Source: Acholeplasma sp. OttesenSCG-928-E16 (GTDB lineage: Bacteria > Bacillota_I > Bacilli_A > Acholeplasmatales > Acholeplasmataceae). From it: a DNA stretch of 45,060 nt. The notes below the pieces were generated by a model. The model did not search any database and was not told the origin of the DNA. It worked only from the letters and a program-made list of their open reading frames with translations. The translations under genes and the position numbers were made by a program. The stretch covers positions 1 to 45,060 of the forward strand of contig JAJDIT010000008.1 in NCBI GenBank assembly GCA_030266845.1, in the 5' to 3' direction. Below, in pieces: positions 16,971-26,670 of the stretch; position 1 is the first letter of the stretch; every line of letters starts with the position of its first letter.

Positions 16971-18635
16971 TTATAGATTATCAATTGTCTTTATGATCTT
17001 TTCATTTATTTTATTTACTAAAGCCTTAGATGAATCTTTTGAGTCACTCTTGACGCCAAAATAAATTTTAATTTTCGGTTCAGTACCACTTGGTCTAAAG
17101 GTAACCCATAGGTTATCGTTATAAACGAATTTAACAACATTTGATTTAGGTAAGTCTATTATCTCAAAATGGTCATGATAATATCTTTTTGAATGTTCGA
17201 AATCATCATGATACAATAGCTCAAATCCATCAATATTTAGTGGGTTATTACGATAATGTTCCATAATTTTTACGATTTTTGCAGCACCCTCAATTCCCTT
17301 TAATGAAACTTGATTCGTCCATTCATAGTAATAACCAAATTCCTGATAAATCGTTTCTAAATAATCAATCAATGTTTTATTATTGTCAGCTAAATAATTA
17401 ATCATCTCGGCTAGTAGAAAAACTGCCTGAACTGCATCTTTATCTCTTACAAAATCTCTAATTAAGCTACCATAAGATTCCTCACAACCAAAGAAATATG
17501 AACTCTTACCTTCGATAGATGCTGCTTGTTCTCCAATGAATTTAAAGCCGGTTAGGGTTTCTTTTGCCTTCAATCCAAAAGAGAATGCTAATTCTTTTAT
17601 TAAGTCGCTTGTAACAATAGTAGTAAAGACGAATGAATTTTTATCTAAATCCTTAGTGTTTTTTAAAAGATAATATAGCTCCAAAGCGGCAGTTTGATTG
17701 CCATTAATAAGGTGAAAATCATTATCGTGCAAGACGGCTACACCAAGCCTATCAGCATCAGGATCAGTCACCAAAATGGCTTTAGCATCCACTTTTTTTG
17801 CAAATTCTATTAATACATCATAGGTTATTTTATCCTCTGGATTTGATGATTTTGTTGCCGAAAAATTAGGGTCATTGATCATTTGTGGAAGATATGGAAC
17901 TACATCATATCCTACCTCTTTTAAAAGCGGAACAATCACCTTTCCTCCAGTCCCGTGAAGGGGTGAGTAAACAATTTTTGCCTTCTTTGATGTCTTGTTA
18001 TAATGAATATTCTTTACCAATTCTAAGTAGGATTTTTCGAGGCTAGTGTCAATCATTTTAATTAAATTCTTATCATCTTTTTCTAAAATATTAAAATAAC
18101 TGTCGATCTTATTTATCTCATTAATGACCTCATTGGACTCTTCAAGATTCAGTTGAGCACCCGTTTCATTATATACTTTATAACCGTTATACTCTTTTGG
18201 ATTATGGCTAGCTGTTATCATGATTCCACCATGAGCTTTCAAATATCTTACAGCATATGATAAAAGTGGAGTCGGTCTTAATTCAGGAAAAACATGTGAT
18301 TCGATATTATTTTCAGCTAGCACCCTAGCCGCTGTTAAGGCAAATTCATAGGATAAGTTTCTATTGTCGTAACTAATAGCGACCCTCAGTGGTCTTTCAT
18401 TGTATTTTTTTATAAGATATCGAGCAAAACCAAGAGTTGCCTTCCTAATAACGTGAGTATTGATTCTATTAGTACCAACCCCCATAATACCTCTTAATCC
18501 ACCAGTTCCAAAAGCCAAATCAGTATAAAAAGCTTCCTTTATTTGTTCTTGACTTAAGGAAAGGAGTTCTTCTTTTAGGTGTGGTTCTAAGTTTTCATTA
18601 TTTTTCCAATTTAAATATTTGTCCAAATAGGTCAT
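16971..18635 (-). CDS. Phosphoglucomutase/phosphomannomutase family protein (alpha-D-phosphohexomutase, PgcA-like)
   Basis: A 554-aa ORF. The active-site Ser loop is ITASHNPKEYNGYKV, the metal loop is DPDADR and the sugar-binding loop is GCEESYG. Confidence 0.85.
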   Translation of the reverse strand: MTYLDKYLNWKNNENLEPHLKEELLSLSQEQIKEAFYTDLAFGTGGLRGIMGVGTNRINTHVIRKATLGFARYLIKKYNERPLRVAISYDNRNLSYEFALTAARVLAENNIESHVFPELRPTPLLSYAVRYLKAHGGIMITASHNPKEYNGYKVYNETGAQLNLEESNEVINEINKIDSYFNILEKDDKNLIKMIDTSLEKSYLELVKNIHYNKTSKKAKIVYSPLHGTGGKVIVPLLKEVGYDVVPYLPQMINDPNFSATKSSNPEDKITYDVLIEFAKKVDAKAILVTDPDADRLGVAVLHDNDFHLINGNQTAALELYYLLKNTKDLDKNSFVFTTIVTSDLIKELAFSFGLKAKETLTGFKFIGEQAASIEGKSSYFFGCEESYGSLIRDFVRDKDAVQAVFLLAEMINYLADNNKTLIDYLETIYQEFGYYYEWTNQVSLKGIEGAAKIVKIMEHYRNNPLNIDGFELLYHDDFEHSKRYYHDHFEIIDLPKSNVVKFVYNDNLWVTFRPSGTEPKIKIYFGVKSDSKDSSKALVNKINEKIIKTIDNL

Positions 18636-19378
18636 TTAATCTCTCCATTAAAGAAAGTCCTAAGTTTTTTCATTGCCTTTTGATTTGTTGTGTCAATTGA
18701 AAGTGGTGTTATCGATACATAATCATGATCATATGCAAAGCTATCAGTGTTATCATCGCCCGAAATATCTAAGATTGAATATAAAATGTGATATTTGTTA
18801 AAATCGCTAGAGGATCTGACAAATTCAGCATGATATTGTCTACTTCCTAGTGATGTAATAACTCTTCCTCTTGGTTTATTTTTTGGGTAATTAACATTTA
18901 AAATACCGTCAAAATCATATAATTCATTTTCAATAATTTCATCTAATAGACGGACAGTCTCATCATAAATAAATGGAGCTGTAACATCAGGAGCACTAAT
19001 CGCGATTGCTGGTATTCCTAATATTTTGGCTTCTTTAGCTGCCGCAACTGTTCCTGAATAGTGAGTATCAATTGATAAATTAGCTCCTTGGTTAATACCA
19101 GATACTACTAAGTCAAAATCAACATGATTAAATATTTTCATCCCAAGACGAACGCAGTCTGCTGGCGAACCATCTACTACTAAGGTTCCACTTGAACCAG
19201 TAAAGTCTGATATCTCATCAACGTAAATAGCATTTCCAATTGAGATTCGATGAGAAGTTGCGCTTTGTTGTGTTTTTGGTGCACAAACAAATATTCTCCC
19301 TTGATATGAAAGTGCTTTAACCAATATTTTTAGACCATCTGATTCAATTCCATCATCGTTTACTACAAGAATATTCAT
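18632..19378 (-). CDS. surE: 5'/3'-nucleotidase SurE
   Basis: A 248-aa ORF whose N-terminus MNILVVNDDGIESDGLKILVKAL is the SurE signature. It overlaps the downstream gene by 4 nt. Confidence 0.9.
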   Translation of the reverse strand: MNILVVNDDGIESDGLKILVKALSYQGRIFVCAPKTQQSATSHRISIGNAIYVDEISDFTGSSGTLVVDGSPADCVRLGMKIFNHVDFDLVVSGINQGANLSIDTHYSGTVAAAKEAKILGIPAIAISAPDVTAPFIYDETVRLLDEIIENELYDFDGILNVNYPKNKPRGRVITSLGSRQYHAEFVRSSSDFNKYHILYSILDISGDDNTDSFAYDHDYVSITPLSIDTTNQKAMKKLRTFFNGEIK

Positions 19379-19379
19379 A

Positions 19380-22076
19380 TTAGTCCTCCTTTAGAACTTT
19401 TTCACATCTTTCGCATATACCGTTATCATTTACAGTTTCAACGATATTCCAGCATCTATCACATACATGACCGGTTGCTTCTAAAACCTCTACTTCTAGT
19501 TTATCACTAATTTCTAAATTTACCTTAGAAACAATTAAAACTTGATGCAATTTTAAATCAAGCTTATCTATCGCTTCCTTTTGTTTTTTGGTTACTTTTA
19601 GATTCACTAATGCTTGAAGGGACTTACCAATAACTTTTTGTTCCCTCGCTAATTCAAGTTGTTTTAATACGGCAACCCTCACATCATCAAATATTAAAAA
19701 AGTTTCTAGTAATTCAGGCATTAAGATTGGGGATATTTCCGGCATTTGCTCTAAATAAACATCCTCTTCTTTTTTATTTGGTATTTCTAAATATGCTTCA
19801 CTTGTTGTGTGTGGAATGATTGGAGTTAATATTCTTAATAACCCTAATAAAATATCATAGATTGTTGATTGTATCGATAGTCTTTCAAAAGATTTTGCTT
19901 TTTCTATATATAAAATATCTTTAGCATAGTCTAAATAAAACGCTGATAAATCATTGACGATAAATGGTATAACATTTCGATAAACATCGTAAAAACGGTA
20001 TGATTCATACGCTTTGATCACTTCATTTTGGATATTTTTATATTTTAGAGTCATAACTCTATTTAAGTTTCCTCTCATCGAAAAACTAATATAGTCATTA
20101 TTTATATCAAAATCATGAAGATTACCTAACATGTACTTTAAGGTATTTCTAATCTTGCGATATCCTTCACTAACTTGAGCTAAAGACTCATCAGATAACC
20201 TAACATCACTATGATAATCAACTGTTGCTGTCCAAAGTCTAAGGATATCTGCTCCTTGTTGATTGATGACTTTAAGTGGATCGATAACATTACCTAATGA
20301 CTTGCTCATTTTGCGTCCTTGTCCATCATTAACAAATCCGTGAGTAACTACTTCTTTATAAGGTGACTTACCATTAATCGCAACACTTGTCGTTAAACTT
20401 GAATTAAACCAACCTCTAAATTGATCAGCTCCCTCTAAATATAGGTCACATGGGAACTTAAGACCTCTTCTAAGTAATACACTATATGAAGTCCCTGAAT
20501 CAAACCAGACATCCATAATGTCTAACTCTTTGTAGAAAATCCCATTTGGACTTAGCGGATTTTTATATCCTTTTGGTAATAAATCCTTAGCTTCCATTTC
20601 ATACCAAATATCAGATCCCATTTGTTCAAAAAGAGTAGCCACATGTTCAATTACATTTTCATCTAGAATTGGAGTTTTATCTTCTGTGTAAAAAATAGGA
20701 ATTGGAACCCCCCAGGTTCTTTGTCTTGAAATACACCAATCATCACGATTAGTTAGCATATTAGTCATTCTCACTTTACCCCATTCAGGTACCCAAGATA
20801 TTTGATTAACCTCATTTAGGAGGTTTTCCTTTAAATTTTCCATGCTTATAAACCACTGTGGTGTGGCTCTAAAGATTATTGGTTTCCTTGTTCTCCAATC
20901 ATGAGGATATGAATGGGTTATCGTATCAACTCTTAATAGATGCCCATTATCCTTTAAATCTGAAACAATCTTCTCATTAGCAACTTCATAAAATAAATTT
21001 GCATATTGGTGAGCTTCTAAAGTCATATAACCTTTTTCATCAACCGGTGCTAAAATATCCAAATTATATTCTTTGCCAACTTTATAGTCGTCTTCACCAT
21101 GACCTGGTGCGGTGTGAACTAAACCAGTCCCATCTTCTGATGTAACGTGCTCACCTAAGACGATTTTACCAGTACGAGAGAAAAGAGGGTGTTGATATAT
21201 AACGTTTTCTAGTTCTTCGCCTCGATATGTTTTTATAGTTTTATAATCTTTAAAAGATAATAAATCCGCCACTTTTTCTAAGAGTGATTGTAGTAAAATA
21301 TATTTCTTTTTGTTTACTTCTATCAAGCTATAGATAAATTTCGGATGAACAGAAACTGCCAAATTGGCTGGTAAAGTCCATGGTGTAGTAGTCCAGATTA
21401 ATAAACTGGATCCATTTAAAAATTGATCATCACTCAAAATATCAAATGATATGTAAATAGATTTTGATTGTTTATCATGATACTCAATTTCCGCTTCAGC
21501 CAGCGCAGATTCACTTGATGGCGACCAATATACTGGTTTTAATCCGCGATATATCAAGTTTTTCTTAACCATCTGTCCAAATATTCTAAGCTGATCCGCT
21601 TCAAAGTCTTTATCCAATGTTAAGTAGGGATTCTCCCAGTCTCCTAATATTCCAAGTCTTTTAAATTGTTCCTTTTGTTTATCAACTTGCTCCAAAGCAA
21701 ATTTTCGGCACAATTTTCTAAAATCACCAACAGACATCTCTTTTCGATTTACTTTTTTGGTTACTTCAACCTCAATAGGTAATCCATGAGTATCCCACCC
21801 TGGAATATATGGAACATAACGACCTTTCATGGTTTGATACCTTAATACAAAATCTTTAAGTGTCTTTTGAAAAGCATGACCAATGTGAATATTTCCATTA
21901 GCATATGGCGGACCATCATGCAAAATAAAAGGTTCTTGATTTTTGTTTTTGTCTAATACTTTTTGATAAAGATTGATTTCTTCCCATCTTTTTTGAAATG
22001 CTACTTCGCGAACACCTAAGTTTCCACGCATAGGAAAATCTGTTTTAGGCATTAATAGTGTGTCTTTGTAATCCAT
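19380..22076 (-). CDS. ileS: Isoleucine--tRNA ligase
   Basis: An 898-aa ORF. HIGH-type motif PPYANGNIHIGHA. KMSKS motif KMSKSLGN. C-terminal Zn finger CDRCW…CERC. It is preceded by a T-box leader. Confidence 0.95.
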   Translation of the reverse strand: MDYKDTLLMPKTDFPMRGNLGVREVAFQKRWEEINLYQKVLDKNKNQEPFILHDGPPYANGNIHIGHAFQKTLKDFVLRYQTMKGRYVPYIPGWDTHGLPIEVEVTKKVNRKEMSVGDFRKLCRKFALEQVDKQKEQFKRLGILGDWENPYLTLDKDFEADQLRIFGQMVKKNLIYRGLKPVYWSPSSESALAEAEIEYHDKQSKSIYISFDILSDDQFLNGSSLLIWTTTPWTLPANLAVSVHPKFIYSLIEVNKKKYILLQSLLEKVADLLSFKDYKTIKTYRGEELENVIYQHPLFSRTGKIVLGEHVTSEDGTGLVHTAPGHGEDDYKVGKEYNLDILAPVDEKGYMTLEAHQYANLFYEVANEKIVSDLKDNGHLLRVDTITHSYPHDWRTRKPIIFRATPQWFISMENLKENLLNEVNQISWVPEWGKVRMTNMLTNRDDWCISRQRTWGVPIPIFYTEDKTPILDENVIEHVATLFEQMGSDIWYEMEAKDLLPKGYKNPLSPNGIFYKELDIMDVWFDSGTSYSVLLRRGLKFPCDLYLEGADQFRGWFNSSLTTSVAINGKSPYKEVVTHGFVNDGQGRKMSKSLGNVIDPLKVINQQGADILRLWTATVDYHSDVRLSDESLAQVSEGYRKIRNTLKYMLGNLHDFDINNDYISFSMRGNLNRVMTLKYKNIQNEVIKAYESYRFYDVYRNVIPFIVNDLSAFYLDYAKDILYIEKAKSFERLSIQSTIYDILLGLLRILTPIIPHTTSEAYLEIPNKKEEDVYLEQMPEISPILMPELLETFLIFDDVRVAVLKQLELAREQKVIGKSLQALVNLKVTKKQKEAIDKLDLKLHQVLIVSKVNLEISDKLEVEVLEATGHVCDRCWNIVETVNDNGICERCEKVLKED

Positions 22077-22290
22077 TTAAAATAATCTCCTTTATAAAAA
22101 TAAATCGTCCTTAAAAAACTCTAAGGACGAAAAAATTCGCGGTACCACCTTAGTTCTAGGAAACCCTAGCCCTCAATTAAATATATACTCAGAGGTGATA
22201 CTTCATTAACTAATCATTATTAGGCTTCCACCATCCCTAACTCGCTTTAATGATTCTTTATTAATGAGCTTGTCCTCATCATAGCATGAT
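22077..22290 (-). promoter_or_regulatory. T-box riboswitch leader of ileS (probable Ile specifier AUC)
   Basis: The minus-strand leader contains AACUAAGGUGGUACCGCG (plus 22136-22156), matching the T-box consensus AAUUAGGGUGGUACCGCG. It is followed by the terminator hairpin CGUCCUUAGAGuuuuuuAAGGACG plus a U-run (plus 22106-22129), then the Shine-Dalgarno AAAGGAG and the AUG. An AUC-A sits in the predicted specifier loop region (…GAAUCAUUAAAG…, about plus 22251-22256). Confidence 0.8.
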
Positions 22291-22628
22291 TAAATTAGTG
22301 ACAAATATTCCGTCAAAGAACCATCATCGTAGGCATCCTTTGCGGTAAACAAGAATATTTTATCTTTAATGCTAGCAATATCTCCGCCAATTGCGAATAT
22401 GACGCCAGAAAAGAATGCAAGTGCCTTGTTAGCGGGGTCAATGTCAAGTGGCTCAAAATCAAGTATTAATGGACAACCATCAATCAATTTTTGAGCTAAA
22501 TTTGTCAGATATGAGTCAGAATCATCTGAAAGCTGCTCAGCGACAATTTTTTCTGCCGTTTTGCAGATAATTTCTTCTTTTTCTATTACTGGTGCTCTTT
22601 TTTTTGATTTGCTGAATAATCCCATCAT
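22290..22628 (-). CDS. sepF: Cell division protein SepF
   Basis: A 112-aa ORF. ILDFEPLDIDPANKALAFFSGVIFAIGGDIASIKDKIFLFT matches the SepF/DUF552 core (…D.L.G..YA.GG…IF…). Confidence 0.8.
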   Translation of the reverse strand: MMGLFSKSKKRAPVIEKEEIICKTAEKIVAEQLSDDSDSYLTNLAQKLIDGCPLILDFEPLDIDPANKALAFFSGVIFAIGGDIASIKDKIFLFTAKDAYDDGSLTEYLSLI

Positions 22629-23292
22629 ATCACTCCTTTAAATAAACTGCCGATTCTTAAGTGTGTTGCATTATGTTTTATTGCTATTAAGTAGTCATCT
22701 GACATTCCCATTGATAAATACTTAAGTCCATATTTTGTTTTTAAATCACTAAGTGAAGCAAAAACCTCTTCTGTTTTGACTGGGTCATCTTGTTTGCCCA
22801 TAGCCATTAGACCGACTACATTTATTTTATCATATTTTTTGATAGTTTCTATAAAACTATCTAAATTTTCTATATTTACTCCATATTTTGAAGATTCCTT
22901 TGTTAAATTAACTTGAATAAAGCAATCTATACTCTCTTTTCTCTCTTCATTAATCAATTTAGCTAATTCAAATGAGTCAAGAGAGTGTAAACAATCTATT
23001 TCATTTATCACTTTATCGGCCTTATTTCTTTGTAGATGACCAATAAAATGCCATTTTATGTCTTTATACTCTATCGATTCTTTTTTTTCAAAAAACTATC
23101 GACTCGGTTTTCTCCAAAATCTCTAAATCCTATTTTATATAATTTCTTTACCTCATTACTTTGAAAATATTTTGTAGCGATAATGGTTTTTATATTAGGG
23201 CAGTTGAGTAACGCAGTAGGTGTTATAACTGAAATGCTTCTTTTTATTTCATCATGAAAACTAGATGGGAGTATTCCTTTTAGGCCATCAAG
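22625..23292 (-). pseudogene. yggS: YggS/YlmE-family PLP-homeostasis protein gene, interrupted by a single frameshift at an A8/T8 tract (or requiring a -1 ribosomal frameshift); no start codon of its own
   Basis: The C-terminal two thirds (track ORF 22625..23011, GTG-called) extend upstream in the same frame to …ESIEYKDIKWHFIGHLQRNKADKV (the WHFIG.LQ.NK YggS motif) until a TAG at 23096-23098. The N-terminal third (…IIATKYFQSNEVKKLYKIGFRDFGENRVDSFLKKK, the FGEN.VQ motif) is the C-terminal end of ORF 23071..23922 in the adjacent frame. The two frames meet at plus 23081-23095 (T8 c a A5). Confidence 0.7.
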
Positions 23293-23895
23293 AAATAAAA
23301 GAGTCTTTATATTTTTAAAGCAAGTTAATGCTGTGATTACTCTTCTAGTTAAAATATCGCTGTTACCATCTATCTGTTTTAAGAAAAAGTCATAAACATC
23401 ATCTTTTTGAAGGGTAAAATGGTGATAACACATAAATCCAAGTGCTTCGATTAATTCTTCCTTAATTTTTATACTTGATGATAGATACATATTTTTAATT
23501 TCTAAAAAAAGATTTGGATTCATGTGAGAAATGATTCTAATAATGAGATTTCTTGGCAGTGGATATGTTTTCTTCTTGGTTGGTTTTAGAAAAGGAGATC
23601 TAAAAAATAATGGAATTGATTCTACTAGATAATTTAGAGTTTCTTTGTTTCCCTTTTGCAAAGCCCTTTGAAGATATAAACGAACATATAATTTCTTTTC
23701 ATTTTTTAGCGAATTAATTAGTATCTTTGAATCCTTATTGTCAAAGTTTATTGAAAAATAAAATGCTGCTAAAGCTCTTTTTTTGGTGTCCTCACCTTTT
23801 AAAAAACTAATTGCCTTTGAATAAGATAAGCAACTAGCTATTTTGATTTCATCCTTATTTAAATATCCCAATGACTCTTTATTATAACTAGACAT
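23071..23895 (-). CDS. Hypothetical all-alpha protein (~205 aa) fused in frame, with no intervening stop or Shine-Dalgarno, to the N-terminal 70 aa of YggS
   Basis: Track ORF 23071..23922 (283 aa). The probable start is the internal MSSYNKESLGY (ATG 23895), which gives an 8-nt overlap with ychF. Residues ~10-210 have no motif I recognise (HEAT/ARM-like composition). Residues 211-283 align to the YggS N-terminus. Confidence 0.45.
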   Translation of the reverse strand: MSSYNKESLGYLNKDEIKIASCLSYSKAISFLKGEDTKKRALAAFYFSINFDNKDSKILINSLKNEKKLYVRLYLQRALQKGNKETLNYLVESIPLFFRSPFLKPTKKKTYPLPRNLIIRIISHMNPNLFLEIKNMYLSSSIKIKEELIEALGFMCYHHFTLQKDDVYDFFLKQIDGNSDILTRRVITALTCFKNIKTLLFLDGLKGILPSSFHDEIKRSISVITPTALLNCPNIKTIIATKYFQSNEVKKLYKIGFRDFGENRVDSFLKKKNR

Positions 23896-24985
23896 TAAAT
23901 CTAAAGACAATGATGTCGCCATCTTTAACTAGGTATTCTTTGCCCTCTAGGCGAGCTCTCCCGTTCTCTTTAACAGCTGCCATCGAGCCAAATTTCACTA
24001 AATCTTCAAAAGATACAACTTCAGCTTTTATGAAGCCTTTTTCAAAATCTGAATGGATGATTCCTGCACACTCAGGTGCTTTCATCCCATCTTTAAATGT
24101 CCAAGCCCGACATTCATCTTCTCCAGCAGTTAAGAATGTTTTTAACCCTAATAAGGCATATGATTTATTGATAATCGCTTTTAAACCAGATTCTGTCAGT
24201 CCGTATGACTCTAAAAATTCTAGTTGTTCCTTTTCATCAAGTGATGATATTTCAGCCTCTACTTGAGCACTCACAAACACAATACTAACATTATTGTCAT
24301 TTCCATATTTGATCAAGTCATTATAAAAAACATTTTCCATTGGATTAGAGATTTCGTTTTCAGCGATATTTGCAATTATTAACATTGGTTTTAAAGAAAG
24401 CAAACTAAAACTTTTTATCAGTTTTAATTCATCAGGAGTAAAGTCAAGCGATAATGGTGATATTTCTTTTTCTAATGCTTCCTTTATTCTTGATAATACT
24501 TCTAATTCAATGACGGCTTCTTTTATTTTAGCTTGAGCTTTTTTAAGTAATTTAGGAATTCTTTTATTAATAATATCTAAATCAGCTAAATAAAGCTCAT
24601 ACTTAATAGTTTCAATATCCCTTAAAGGTTCAATTTTCCCATCAACATGGATGACATTAGGATCGATAAAACATCTAACTACTTGAGCAATCGCATCAAC
24701 TTCCCTGATATGTGATAAAAATTGATTTCCTAATCCTTCTCCAAGCGATGCTCCTTTAACTAATCCGGCAATGTCAATAAACTCAAACACAGTTGGAGTT
24801 TTCTTTTTTGGATTAAACATGTTTGATAGAAAATCTAACCTTTCATCACTAACAGTAACGATGCCAACATTTGGATCAATTGTAGCAAAAGGAAAGTTGG
24901 CAGCTAATACTTTTGATTTTGTTAATGCGTTAAATAATGTTGATTTACCGACATTCGGCAATCCAACGATACCAGTTTTTAACAT
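23888..24985 (-). CDS. ychF: Ribosome-binding ATPase YchF (Obg-family GTPase-like)
   Basis: A 365-aa ORF with MLKTGIVGLPNVGKSTLFNALT (G1 motif), the YchF-specific coiled-coil insert and a C-terminal TGS domain (…EYLVKDGDIIVFRFNV). Confidence 0.9.
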   Translation of the reverse strand: MLKTGIVGLPNVGKSTLFNALTKSKVLAANFPFATIDPNVGIVTVSDERLDFLSNMFNPKKKTPTVFEFIDIAGLVKGASLGEGLGNQFLSHIREVDAIAQVVRCFIDPNVIHVDGKIEPLRDIETIKYELYLADLDIINKRIPKLLKKAQAKIKEAVIELEVLSRIKEALEKEISPLSLDFTPDELKLIKSFSLLSLKPMLIIANIAENEISNPMENVFYNDLIKYGNDNNVSIVFVSAQVEAEISSLDEKEQLEFLESYGLTESGLKAIINKSYALLGLKTFLTAGEDECRAWTFKDGMKAPECAGIIHSDFEKGFIKAEVVSFEDLVKFGSMAAVKENGRARLEGKEYLVKDGDIIVFRFNV

Positions 24986-25011
24986 AATACTCCTCTATAC
25001 ATTAAAAAAGG

Positions 25012-26139
25012 CTATTTGCCTTTTCTTAACCATGGTGGAATTTTACTTCCTAAATTATCGCTATTTGAATCTTCTGCTTTAATTGAGCCATATCCTGATC
25101 TAAAACTTAGCTGTTCATCATTATCTTTTCTAAAGATCTCTGATGCTAGATTTTCAACAGTATTTTCTTTGGCTTTTAGTTCGTATCCAGTAGCTATTAC
25201 AGTAACAATCAATTCATCTTGTAAATCTTGGTTTAATGTTGTTCCATAGATGATATTTAAATCATTATCAGTGGCATTTCTAATTTCATCTAAGGCATTG
25301 CCAATTTCAAATAAAGTAACATTAGTGGCTGATGTAATATTGACAATCGCATCAGTTGCTCCATCAATTGAAACTTCAAGTAGTTTAGAGTGGATGGCCT
25401 TTCTAGCAGCCTCAACAGCACGGTCTTCTCCAGATGCAATCCCAATACCCATTAAAGCAGTACCTTTGTTTTCCATAACTGTCCTAACATCAGCAAAGTC
25501 AACGTTAATCAACCCTGGAATGGCAATTATTTCAGCTATTCCTTGAACACCCTGTCTTAAGACATTATCAGATTCCCTAAATGCATCTAGTAATTGAGTA
25601 CCTGGAGTTGATATTGAAAGTAATCTCTCATTAGGAATAACAATTAGAGTATCAACATATGGACGTAGTTCTTCTAACCCAGTAACAGCGTTTTGCATTC
25701 TTAAAGGACCTTCAAATTTAAATGGCTTAGTTACTATTCCGATTGTTAAACAACCCATCTCTTTCGCAAGTTCAGCAATAACTGGGGCAGCTCCGGTTCC
25801 GGTTCCTCCGCCCATCCCTGCTGTAATAAAAACCATATCAGCATCCGCTAATATTTCTTTTATTTCATCTTGAGATTCTAAGGCAGCATCTCTACCTACA
25901 TTTGCCTTAGCGCCTGCGCCAAGTCCTCTTGTCAGTTTTTTTCCGATTTGAAGTCTAGTTTCGGCTCTTGAGACCTTTAAAACTTGGGCATCGGTATTAA
26001 TAGCCACAAATTCTACGCCTTTAACATCATTTTCGATCATTCTGTTAATAGCGTTTCCACCGCCACCACCAACACCAATAACTTTAATTACCGGCTTTTG
26101 ATTAAAATTATCAAATTCACCAAATACCAAATCAATCAC
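25012..26139 (-). CDS. ftsZ: Cell division protein FtsZ
   Basis: A 375-aa ORF with the tubulin signature [14 protein letters not shown] and the N-terminus [23 protein letters not shown] Shine-Dalgarno lies upstream. Confidence 0.95.
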   Translation of the reverse strand: MIDLVFGEFDNFNQKPVIKVIGVGGGGGNAINRMIENDVKGVEFVAINTDAQVLKVSRAETRLQIGKKLTRGLGAGAKANVGRDAALESQDEIKEILADADMVFITAGMGGGTGTGAAPVIAELAKEMGCLTIGIVTKPFKFEGPLRMQNAVTGLEELRPYVDTLIVIPNERLLSISTPGTQLLDAFRESDNVLRQGVQGIAEIIAIPGLINVDFADVRTVMENKGTALMGIGIASGEDRAVEAARKAIHSKLLEVSIDGATDAIVNITSATNVTLFEIGNALDEIRNATDNDLNIIYGTTLNQDLQDELIVTVIATGYELKAKENTVENLASEIFRKDNDEQLSFRSGYGSIKAEDSNSDNLGSKIPPWLRKGK

Positions 26140-26197
26140 TCCCTAATATTAACTATAATTATTTTACACTAAAAAGATTATAATTGAAAGCAAAATT

Positions 26198-26668
26198 TTA
26201 TAGATGCAACAAGTTCTCTACTATTTCTAATAGTAATTCGATGTCTTCATCATAACTAAATGAAAAAGTTAATCCGAATTCAGTCTCATTAGAATCAATG
26301 ATTTTTTGCTTAATCTCATTTATGTCTAAATCTTTATTGTAAAGATCATCCAAAAAATCATTTAAACCATATAATTCAAAAGGCCTTGGCATGATATGAT
26401 AATTAATATTTAATGCGAACTCCTTAGTTACTCTAAACTCTAAAAAAATATTGTCGATATCAACTCCGATATCTATTACTTCATTTACAGTAATAACCGG
26501 AATCGGATATTTTTCTTCTAAGAAGGAATTTCCGATCTTGCAGAAATGACCATTAAAAAAACCGGAAGATAACTCGAATCCAGATTCTGCTAAATAAGTA
26601 ATAATGAGTTCTTTTTTTTGGTTAATCTTATCATATATTTCATTTAAGAAATTGTATTTATTTTCCAT
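26198..26668 (-). CDS. Hypothetical acidic cytoplasmic protein (156 aa) occupying the position immediately upstream of ftsZ
   Basis: The ORF has no motif I recognise. It is very acidic and tightly packed between tgt (its stop is 3 nt away) and ftsZ. Confidence 0.5.
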   Translation of the reverse strand: MENKYNFLNEIYDKINQKKELIITYLAESGFELSSGFFNGHFCKIGNSFLEEKYPIPVITVNEVIDIGVDIDNIFLEFRVTKEFALNINYHIMPRPFELYGLNDFLDDLYNKDLDINEIKQKIIDSNETEFGLTFSFSYDEDIELLLEIVENLLHL

Positions 26669-26670
26669 AA

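Noticed and set aside
22625-23011. Treating track ORF 22625..23011 (128 aa, GTG start) as a complete small gene
   Set aside because: Its frame stays open upstream through the WHFIG.LQ.NK YggS motif, and the N-terminal third of YggS is in the adjacent frame. It is the C-terminal part of a frameshifted yggS, not an independent ORF.
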